Shown here piece by piece: positions 1 through 7,285 of a stretch of 10,547 bases of DNA. This stretch comes from Clostridia bacterium (GTDB lineage: Bacteria; Bacillota; Clostridia; Christensenellales; Aristaeellaceae). Location of the stretch: positions 18,325-28,871 of the forward strand of contig JAUNDF010000024.1 in assembly GCA_030526225.1 (NCBI GenBank). Direction: 5' to 3'. Both the position numbers and the translations under genes were made by a program. Position 1 is the stretch's first letter; each line of letters begins with the position of its first letter. A model generated the notes under the pieces. It had not been told where the DNA came from. It made no database searches and saw only the letters and a program-made list of their open reading frames with translations.

Positions 1-326
1 GTGATGAAGGGCGCCTGCACATAGCCGGTCTTGCCGTTGTAGCGGATCTGATACCAGTGGTTGTTGTCAACCACGGCAGGGATGCTGAGAATCTCTACAG
101 CCGTGCCGCGCTCCAGCTTGTCAATCACATCGCCGGCAGGCTTTACGCGGAAATTGACACCGCTGGCATTGATGACGCCTGCACCGCTGGCCGTATCAGC
201 CGCAGCGGCAACATGAGCCACCCGGGCGGCCCCGTTTTCGCCGATGTGAACCTCGGGCATCACAGAAAAAAGAAGGCCCAGTGCCACCACGGAGGAGACC
301 AGCCGCTTCCCGCTCTTTTTCCACAT
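1..326 (-). CDS. secreted SH3b-domain protein, N-terminal part only (gene runs off the left edge)
   Basis: Not in the supplied ORF track. Hand translation of the reverse strand from ATG (326-324) stays open to position 1: MWKKSGKRLVSSVVALGLLFSVMPEVHIGENGAARVAHVAAAADTASGAGVINASGVNFRVKPAGDVIDKLERGTAVEILSIPAVVDNNHWYQIRYNGKTGYVQAPFI. It has a basic plus hydrophobic signal-like N-terminus followed by a bacterial SH3 (SH3_3-like) pattern. A GAGGTG Shine-Dalgarno (revcomp of 334-339) lies 7 nt upstream. G/C-ending codon bias matches the neighbours. Confidence 0.75.
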   Translation of the reverse strand, partial: MWKKSGKRLVSSVVALGLLFSVMPEVHIGENGAARVAHVAAAADTASGAGVINASGVNFRVKPAGDVIDKLERGTAVEILSIPAVVDNNHWYQIRYNGKTGYVQAPFI

Positions 327-384
327 AAAGCTTCACCTCAATCGAATCACGGGCAAAATGCCCGGTACATACATAACCACCCTT

Positions 385-413
385 ATTATATGACAGAATT
401 ATTACATCGTCAA
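385..413 (-). promoter_or_regulatory. sigma-70/SigA-type promoter for the partial SH3b gene
   Basis: The reverse strand reads TTGACG (413-408), a 17-nt spacer, then TATAAT (390-385). This sits in an AT-rich spacer about 60 nt upstream of the ATG at 326. Confidence 0.55.
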
Positions 414-476
414 GAATTATTTCGTAACAATCTGTTCAAAAGTGGCGATTTTTCTATCTTTCCCCGGTGAATCTCC

Positions 477-510
477 ATAAAAATTCCCCTGCACCGCCAC
501 GGCACAGGGG
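477..510 (-). terminator. rho-independent terminator after the 316-aa SH3b gene
   Basis: The reverse strand reads CCCCTGTGCCG-TGG-CGGTGCAGGGG (510-486), an 11-bp stem including two G:U pairs. It is followed by AATTTTTAT (485-477) and starts 8 nt after the TAA stop at 521-519. Confidence 0.7.
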
Positions 511-518
511 AAATCAGC

Positions 519-1469
519 TTATTCATCATCACCCAGCGGCACGACCACCGCATCACCGGAGGCAATGGGCATCACGGCGCGCTCGGGCTCGCCCAGATCG
601 GCGGCAGAGGTAATCAGGTTGGCCCTTGTGGTAAAGTTGTAATCAGGCACCACGTTTTTCAGCTCTGCGGCCTCCTGCTGGGACAGGCTGACCAGATATT
701 TGTTCTGCAGATAGCCCTGGAGGCCGTTGTATTCCACAAAGCACCATTCGCCGTCCACGTTGTCATTAAGCACCGTGACCCGCACACCGCACTTGACCTC
801 CTGTACGTTGCGGGAGTTGGCGGAGGGCTTCTGGCGCAGCTTCATGGTGTTGCGGCTGGTGGTTTTGCCGTTGTAGGCGGTGTAGGCGAACTTCGGCTCC
901 TCGCTGGTCTTGCAGTTGATGAACTTCAGGCCGGAGGCCACCACATAGCCCCGGGCATCGCCGTACTGGATGCAGGCATACTTGCCGGTAATTTCATACA
1001 CCGGCACCACCATGCCCGTGGCGCACTTGACGATAACGGCGGACTTATCCACCGGGCGCTTGTGCATGGAAACCTGACCGCTCTTTTCCGCACCGATGAC
1101 GGCAAAGCGCTTGTCCGGCTCCACGGCGGTATCAAACTCCAACTCGTTGGTGAATACCTGCAGCACACCCGCATCTGTCTTCAGCAGGCTGACATACTGG
1201 CCCAGATTCAGCACCGTGCCCTGATAGCCGTTCCAGCTGGCGGTAAACACGCTGGCATCGTACTGCCAGTAGCTGGGGTCGTACACCACCTCTTTTTTCG
1301 GGGTGGGCGCAGGGGTCTGGATAGTCTGAATCACCTGACCGTTGCCGGGGTTGATGATGTTGCCGTTGCCGTCTACATAAATGGGCGTATCGGCCGCCAG
1401 CGCCATCCCGGCCAGCAGCACTGCCGCTGCAAGCACCGCGGCCAGCGCAATCAGTTTCTTCATATTCAT
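519..1469 (-). CDS. secreted protein with two SH3b-like domains and no recognisable catalytic domain
   Basis: 316-aa ORF. Signal peptide MNMKKLIALAAVLAAAVLLAGMALA|ADTP. The two SH3b-like segments are QVSMHKRPVDKSAVIVKCATGMVVPVYEITGKYACIQYGDARGYVVASGLKF and TMKLRQKPSANSRNVQEVKCGVRVTVLNDNVDGEWCFVEYNGLQGYLQNKYLV. The RBS GGAAAGGA lies 6-7 nt upstream of ATG 1469. Stop is TAA. Confidence 0.85.
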   Translation of the reverse strand: MNMKKLIALAAVLAAAVLLAGMALAADTPIYVDGNGNIINPGNGQVIQTIQTPAPTPKKEVVYDPSYWQYDASVFTASWNGYQGTVLNLGQYVSLLKTDAGVLQVFTNELEFDTAVEPDKRFAVIGAEKSGQVSMHKRPVDKSAVIVKCATGMVVPVYEITGKYACIQYGDARGYVVASGLKFINCKTSEEPKFAYTAYNGKTTSRNTMKLRQKPSANSRNVQEVKCGVRVTVLNDNVDGEWCFVEYNGLQGYLQNKYLVSLSQQEAAELKNVVPDYNFTTRANLITSAADLGEPERAVMPIASGDAVVVPLGDDE

Positions 1470-1523
1470 GGGGTATCCTTTCCCGGCAAAGGCCGGATGA
1501 AAATCATTCTCGGGACAGTCCTG

Positions 1524-3668
1524 TCAGTCGGCCCGCTTGACGCTGCCGTGGAACAGCACGGTCAGGGTGGTTTTGCCGGCCACGCCGTCATCCTTCAGGC
1601 CGTTGCGCTGCTGGAAACGGATCACCGCCTTTTCCGTGGCGGAATCATACACGCCGGTTACGCTGTCCAGATAGCCCAGCTCCCGCAAGCGGTACTGCAT
1701 CTCCACCACCTCGTTGCCCTTGTCGCCGCGGCGCAGGGTTTCATATTGGTAGGTGGCATCGGTGGCGGATATCGCCTTGTCAGAGTAGATGACCTGCAGC
1801 GTTTTGTTGCCGGCCACACCGTCAGCGGTCAGCTTGTTGTTGATTTGGAAGGCCCGCACAGCATCGGACAGCGTATCGGAATACACGCCGTTGATTTTGC
1901 CGTCATAGTAGCCCAGCTCATAGAGGGTGTACTGAAGGTTGGTCACCGCGTTGCCCTCATCGCCGGGGCGAAGGGTGTTGTAGGTCAGGCCGGTGGATGT
2001 GCCGAACAGCTTGCGCTGGGTGGCAGGACCTGCCACGCCGTCCGCCGTCAGGTGGTTGGCGCTCTGGAAGGCCACCACCGCGGCCATGGTGCCGCTGCCG
2101 TAGCTGCCGTCCTGCTTGCCGTTGTAGTAGCCAAGGGAGGCCAGCTTGCTCTGCAGATTCTTCACCGAGGGCGATTTATCTCCCTCCCGCAGGGTGGTGT
2201 AGCCCGTGGAGGTCACCTGATTGCTGGAGGGCTTGGCCGTTGCCTGTGAAGAAGGCTTCTGGGTGGCAGAGCTGCTGCCGTTATAGCTGATGGCATCGCT
2301 GCTGTAGATGCGGTTCTGGGTGGTTTTGCCGGCAATGCCGTCGGCGGTGAGACCGTTGTTGAGCTGGAAGGCCCGCACGGCGGCTTCCGTGCCCGGACCA
2401 TAGCTGCCATCCACCGAGCCGGTGTAGTAGCCCAGCTTTTTCAGCTGCTTCTGCAGTGTGCGGACCTCATCACCCTCTGCACCGGGGCGAAGGGAGGTGC
2501 TGCCCATGCTGGCCGCCGGAGAGGAGGCCCGGGGCGCATCAGAGGCATACAGCCGCGCCAGCGTATCGGGACCGGCGATGCCGTCATCCCACAGCTTGCA
2601 CTTTTTCTGGAAGGCCTTGATAGCCGCCTGCGTGGCGCCGTTGTATTCGCCGTCCGGGGTGCCGGAGAGCCAGCCCAGCTGAATCAGCCGCTGCTGCACC
2701 TGCCGCACATCCTTGCCGGAGGAGCCCTCGGTCAGGTACTTGGGCCGGGACAAATCCGGGGTGGCGGTGGGCCGGGGCGTTTTGGTGGGCTTGGGGGTGG
2801 GCTTTGCCGTGTGCTTCGGGGTGACCTTGGCGGTGGGCTTGGGCGTTTTGGTGGCGGTGGGCTTGCGGATGGCATTGCTGCTGTACAGTCTATTGAGGGT
2901 GTTGTTGCCGGCCTTGCCGTCCACAGTGAGGCTGTTGCGGCGCTGGAATTCCTTCACCGCGTCCTCTGTGCCGGAGCCGAATACGCCGTCCACCGAGCCG
3001 TGGTAGTAGCCCAGATCCTTCAGGCGCTGCTGCATCTTCTTCACCGTAGCGCCCTCGCTGCCCAGCTTCAGGCTGTTGGAGGTAGGCCGCGGTGTTTTGG
3101 TGGGCTTGGGCGTTTTGGTCGGCTTGGGGGTGTTGGTGGGCCTGGGCGTTGCCGTGGGGCCCACGGTGATAATCGGCTGCATGGTGGCCGTGGCGCCGGG
3201 GACCTGCTGGGTCACCTGAGGCTGACCGGGATACGGCGTGGCCGTCACCACCGGAATGGTATTGCCGGGGTCGGTATTGAAGTTATTGCTGTTGCCGCCC
3301 AAAAAGGGGTTGGTCACCGGGGTGGACGGCGGATTGGTGTTGGTGATGTCCGTGCCCCAGTCCACGCTCCAGTTGGGCGTGGCAGTGGGCGGCATGGTGA
3401 TGACCACCACCAGATCATTGCCCTGATTGGGATAGGGGGTCACCTGCGGCGGCACGGTATCGAATACCTGCTGCTGCCGCACGGGGGTGGGGGTCACCGT
3501 GTTCAGCGGCGCAATGGACTGGAAAGGCAGGTTCTGTCCGCCCACGGTCAGGTTGGTGGTATTGTCGGAAATTTCATCCGGGGGGATGTAGCAGCCGGTG
3601 AGGGCGAACACTGCAGTCAGCAGCATGGCGCACAGCAGCAAAAGCTTCATCAGGCGGGAATTGTTCAT
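1524..3668 (-). CDS. lipoprotein with a P/T/N-rich N-terminal region and six PG_binding_1-like (peptidoglycan-binding) repeats; no enzyme domain seen
   Basis: 714-aa ORF. The signal sequence ends in the lipobox L-T-G-C (Cys26, codon 3593-3591). Six units fit the pattern L.xG..G..V..LQ..L..LGYY.G..DG.YG..T..AV..FQ..N.LT.DG.AG..T, at aa 200-262, 311-374, 392-455, 491-555, 564-628 and 643-706. The RBS AAAGGAGG lies 8 nt upstream of ATG 3668. Stop is TGA. Confidence 0.9.
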   Translation of the reverse strand: MNNSRLMKLLLLCAMLLTAVFALTGCYIPPDEISDNTTNLTVGGQNLPFQSIAPLNTVTPTPVRQQQVFDTVPPQVTPYPNQGNDLVVVITMPPTATPNWSVDWGTDITNTNPPSTPVTNPFLGGNSNNFNTDPGNTIPVVTATPYPGQPQVTQQVPGATATMQPIITVGPTATPRPTNTPKPTKTPKPTKTPRPTSNSLKLGSEGATVKKMQQRLKDLGYYHGSVDGVFGSGTEDAVKEFQRRNSLTVDGKAGNNTLNRLYSSNAIRKPTATKTPKPTAKVTPKHTAKPTPKPTKTPRPTATPDLSRPKYLTEGSSGKDVRQVQQRLIQLGWLSGTPDGEYNGATQAAIKAFQKKCKLWDDGIAGPDTLARLYASDAPRASSPAASMGSTSLRPGAEGDEVRTLQKQLKKLGYYTGSVDGSYGPGTEAAVRAFQLNNGLTADGIAGKTTQNRIYSSDAISYNGSSSATQKPSSQATAKPSSNQVTSTGYTTLREGDKSPSVKNLQSKLASLGYYNGKQDGSYGSGTMAAVVAFQSANHLTADGVAGPATQRKLFGTSTGLTYNTLRPGDEGNAVTNLQYTLYELGYYDGKINGVYSDTLSDAVRAFQINNKLTADGVAGNKTLQVIYSDKAISATDATYQYETLRRGDKGNEVVEMQYRLRELGYLDSVTGVYDSATEKAVIRFQQRNGLKDDGVAGKTTLTVLFHGSVKRAD
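1551..3071 (-). repeat. six tandem PG_binding_1-like domain-coding units inside the lipoprotein gene
   Basis: Approximate unit coordinates are 2883-3071, 2547-2738, 2304-2495, 2004-2198, 1785-1979 and 1551-1742. The TADG[IV]AG-coding motif recurs (for example ggcaatgccgtcggcggtgag at about 2331-2351). Confidence 0.8.
2754..2864 (-). repeat. Pro/Thr/Lys linker-coding short tandem repeats (second linker)
   Basis: Encodes KPTATKTPKPTAKVTPKHTAKPTPKPTKTPRPTATP. On the + strand this is a periodic ggtgggcttggg / cgttttggt pattern. Confidence 0.75.
3078..3158 (-). repeat. Pro/Thr/Lys linker-coding short tandem repeats (first linker)
   Basis: Encodes PTATPRPTNTPKPTKTPKPTKTPRPTS. The + strand carries repeated gttttggtgggcttgggcgttttggtcggcttggggg. 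Confidence 0.75.
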
Positions 3669-3730
3669 ACGGACAGCCTCCTTTCACGAAAATATGGTCG
3701 GTATCATCAGCCGCAATCGGTTCTGTCCTT

Positions 3731-3760
3731 ATTTTACCACGGATGCGGCGCTTGTGGCAA
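3731..3760 (-). promoter_or_regulatory. candidate internal promoter for the lipoprotein gene
   Basis: The reverse strand reads TTGCCA (3760-3755), an 18-nt spacer, then TAAAAT (3736-3731), about 60 nt upstream of ATG 3668. It is only a motif match. Co-transcription with the upstream gene is equally possible. Confidence 0.35.
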
Positions 3761-3776
3761 TAGCCGGGGCATTCCC

Positions 3777-3866
3777 TTACGGCACATCCTCGCCGGTCAG
3801 GTTTTTCCATGCCTGACGGATGGTCTTCTGGTTGGATACGCCGTAGTTGGGGTCGTTCTGCTGGGC
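3777..3866 (-). other. in-frame post-TAG extension of the upstream gene (29 sense codons plus TAA); possibly the original C-terminus
   Basis: In the same frame as CDS 3867-5411, after TAG (3869-3867), the sequence reads AQQNDPNYGVSNQKTIRQAWKNLTGEDVP and then TAA (3779-3777). Codons are mostly G/C-ending, as in the gene body. Confidence 0.5.
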
Positions 3867-5411
3867 CTATGACATATCCCGCAGGAAGTGCACGCACAGG
3901 TGACCGTCAAAGCCGTTGTCCTTGATGGAGCCGGACAGATGGGGCATGTTGTGCATGGAGGCCACGGTCCAGGTGCCGTTGGGCAGCCGCGCATACACCA
4001 CCTTCTGGTTCCATGTGTTCTGATTGCCGAAGGCCCGGAAGATGGTGTTTGTATCCTGCTGGGTCAGCGGCTCGCTGTCGGCATGGCGGCCAAGAGACAT
4101 CATCCGCAGGGTCCAGCTCAGGCCGCTGGCGGGATCGTAGATGGTCAGGTTCTGCCCGCCCTTGATGGTGGGCTTGATGTCATTAAACCAGTGCAGCAGC
4201 TTGATTTGGCTTTTGGAGGGGGCGGAAATGCTGCTGTTGATTTCTCCGGAGGGCAGCTGGGTATCGCCGGTCACACAGCCGCCGGCATACAGCTTCTGCT
4301 GTGTCTTCTGTCCGGCAATGCCGTCGGCCGTCAGCTGATTTCTCTGCTGGAAGGCCTTGACCGCCGCCACCGTTTTGCTGTCGTAGGTGCCGGTGACGGA
4401 TACATCGTACTTCAGGTCCTTCAGCGCCTGCTGCAGCCGTGTGACCGCATCGCCCCTGGAGCCGGACTGGAGCGTGGTGTAGGTCCCGGTGGATTGCGGG
4501 GTGGGTGTGGGGGTGGGCGTTGCCGCGGCGGTGCCGCCGGTCATCACCTGCTCCAGCTTGGTCAGGGTTTTTGCACCGGCAATGCCGTCAGCGGTCAGGC
4601 CGTAGCGCTTCTGGAATTCGGTCACGGCCTTTTGGGTGGCGCTGCCGTACTTGCCGTCCACAGAACCGATGCCGTAGCCAAGGCTCTTCAGGGCCTTCTG
4701 CAGCAGCGTTACCCTGCTGCCGGTGTAGCCCAGGCGGATGCTGCTGTAATCCCCACTGAAATAGGAAGAGGAAGGCTTCGGGGTGGCGGTGGGCTGAGGG
4801 GTGGCTGTAGGCTTGGGGGTTGCCGTGGGCTGGGCCGGTGCACTGCCGCCCGACAGCAGGGATTCAATCATCTTCAGGGTGGCTGCACCGGCCACGCCGT
4901 CCACCTTCAGCCCATGGATGGCCTGAAAGCCGGAAACAATCTGCTTGGTGGTGTTGCCGTATTTGCCGTCGATTTTGCCGATGCCGAAGCCCAGATTCTT
5001 CAGCGCCTGCTGCAGCAGCTTGACCCGGCTGCCGGAATTGCCGTAGCGCATGGTGGCATAGTTGCCGCCGAAGTAAGAGGAGCCGGAGGGCTTGGGTGTG
5101 GCCGTGGGCTGGGCGGATGCATTGCCGCCGCCTGCCAGATTGTACAGCAGGGTTTGGGTGGCGTTGCCGGCCTTGCCGTCCACCTTCAGCTTGTGGTCCC
5201 GCTGGAAGGCGCGCACGGCCTTTTCCGTGGCATTGCCGAATTTGCCGTCCACGCCGCCGGTGGAATAGCCCAGGGCGTTGAGTGCTTTCTGCAGGGAAAC
5301 AACGCTTTCCCCGCTGGATTTATATTCAAGGGTCGCATAGGCAGCCAGCGCCGCAGCGGTGGAGCATACCATCACCAGGGCCAGCAGCCATGCGGTCAGC
5401 TTGCGAATCAT
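3867..5411 (-). CDS. secreted protein with four PG_binding_1-like repeats plus an unassigned C-terminal module (candidate cell-wall enzyme); ends at an in-frame TAG
   Basis: The track ORF runs 3867-5450 and begins at a TTG. I prefer ATG 5411 (MIRKLTAWLLALVMVCSTAAALA|AYA signal peptide), which has the RBS GGGAAAGGA 7 nt upstream. PG-binding units lie at about 5139-5330, 4860-5054, 4551-4742 and 4284-4478. The C-terminal module (about 3870-4208) contains GRHADSEP and MPH-x12-GHLCVHF. Confidence 0.85.
   Translation of the reverse strand: MIRKLTAWLLALVMVCSTAAALAAYATLEYKSSGESVVSLQKALNALGYSTGGVDGKFGNATEKAVRAFQRDHKLKVDGKAGNATQTLLYNLAGGGNASAQPTATPKPSGSSYFGGNYATMRYGNSGSRVKLLQQALKNLGFGIGKIDGKYGNTTKQIVSGFQAIHGLKVDGVAGAATLKMIESLLSGGSAPAQPTATPKPTATPQPTATPKPSSSYFSGDYSSIRLGYTGSRVTLLQKALKSLGYGIGSVDGKYGSATQKAVTEFQKRYGLTADGIAGAKTLTKLEQVMTGGTAAATPTPTPTPQSTGTYTTLQSGSRGDAVTRLQQALKDLKYDVSVTGTYDSKTVAAVKAFQQRNQLTADGIAGQKTQQKLYAGGCVTGDTQLPSGEINSSISAPSKSQIKLLHWFNDIKPTIKGGQNLTIYDPASGLSWTLRMMSLGRHADSEPLTQQDTNTIFRAFGNQNTWNQKVVYARLPNGTWTVASMHNMPHLSGSIKDNGFDGHLCVHFLRDMS
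4284..5330 (-). repeat. four tandem PG_binding_1-like domain-coding units with P/T/A-rich linkers
   Basis: The units read LEYKSSGESVVSLQKALNALGY..., MRYGNSGSRVKLLQQALKNLGF..., IRLGYTGSRVTLLQKALKSLGY... and LQSGSRGDAVTRLQQALKDLKY.... Linkers are AQPTATPKP and TPTPTPTP. Confidence 0.8.
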
Positions 5412-5472
5412 GAGCGGTCCTTTCCCGATTTTTCCGGCATGGCCGGTCAATCGCCAGTCGTTCTCATGGTGT

Positions 5473-5500
5473 ATTATAACACATCATGACAAATTTGCAA
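5473..5500 (-). promoter_or_regulatory. promoter of the 4x PG-binding gene (extended -10)
   Basis: The reverse strand reads TTGCAA (5500-5495), a 16-nt spacer, then TGtTATAAT (-10 hexamer at 5478-5473 with the TG extension). It lies about 60 nt upstream of ATG 5411 in an AT-rich spacer. Confidence 0.55.
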
Positions 5501-5574
5501 ACAATTATGACGATATTGTTACAAATTTGTTGTTTTGTGCGTTGTTTCATTCGCTTCATCGCCATGACAGACTC

Positions 5575-5617
5575 TTGACAATCCCCCGTGAAAAGACTAT
5601 TCTTATCATGTGATAAT
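5575..5617 (+). promoter_or_regulatory. gpmI promoter region (two alternative readings)
   Basis: Reading one is TTGACA (5575-5580), a 17-nt spacer, then TATTCT (5598-5603). Reading two is GTGAAA (5588-5593), an 18-nt spacer, then TGtGATAAT (5609-5617, extended -10). The RBS AGGAGG (5649-5654) lies 8 nt upstream of ATG 5663. Confidence 0.4.
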
Positions 5618-5662
5618 ATGCGTCTGCAATCAGGCGCGACATGATACAGGAGGTTTTTCAAA

Positions 5663-7237
<1,575 letters not shown>

Positions 7238-7243
7238 TATATC

Positions 7244-7275
7244 AGGCCCTGTGAAAGATTTTTCACAGGGCCTTT
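7244..7275 (+). terminator. terminator hairpin after gpmI
   Basis: Perfect 13-bp stem AGGCCCTGTGAAA (7244-7256) / TTTCACAGGGCCT (7261-7273) with a GATT loop, starting 6 nt after the TAA. The U-tract is weak (only TT). Confidence 0.7.
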
Positions 7276-7285
7276 CAAGAACCTC

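Noticed and set aside
57-470. 137-aa + strand ORF in the track
   Set aside because: It overlaps the hand-identified reverse-strand SH3b gene (1-326) in antisense, then runs through that gene's AT-rich promoter region. It shows no RBS and no motifs.
1483-1496. Hairpin CCGGC-AAAG-GCCGG between the lipoprotein gene and the 316-aa gene, considered as a terminator
   Set aside because: The stem is only 5 bp, there is no U-tract, and it abuts the RBS of the downstream gene. Read-through and co-transcription are more likely.
2754-3158. Periodic short repeats (ggtgggcttggg / cgttttggt) that look superficially like an array
   Set aside because: They lie inside an intact ORF and encode Pro/Thr/Lys linkers (TPKPTKTPKPT). 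The period is 12-15 nt with no spacers, so this is not a CRISPR array or a satellite.
3867-3869. Pyrrolysine, or genome-wide TAG reassignment, as the explanation for the in-frame TAG
   Set aside because: No pyl genes or tRNA(CUA) are visible in this window, and a wall-binding protein is not a known Pyl context. With a single TAG event I cannot distinguish recoding from a simple nonsense mutation or sequencing error. It is kept only as a low-probability option inside the finding.
1062-3872. Long + strand ORFs (1062-2249, 395 aa; 2811-3872, 353 aa) plus nested short ORFs, all antisense to the SH3b and lipoprotein genes
   Set aside because: These are shadow ORFs. They lie antisense to genes with strong G/C-ending codon bias, which removes stop codons on the opposite strand. 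Their products are low-complexity G/A/V/L/H/R-rich strings with no motifs, no RBS and no signal. The sense-strand genes have clear domains.
5412-5450. TTG start at 5450 for the 4x PG-binding gene, and likewise the GTG start at 7541 for the small gene
   Set aside because: The downstream ATGs (5411 and 7550) have well-spaced Shine-Dalgarno sequences. The ATG at 5411 also yields a proper signal peptide N-terminus. The upstream alternative starts lack an RBS.
3888-5489. 533-aa + strand ORF covering the whole 4x PG-binding gene in antisense
   Set aside because: The shadow-ORF logic is the same. The composition is Gly/Ala/Leu/Gln-rich and repetitive only because it mirrors the sense repeats. It starts inside the opposite gene and has no RBS.
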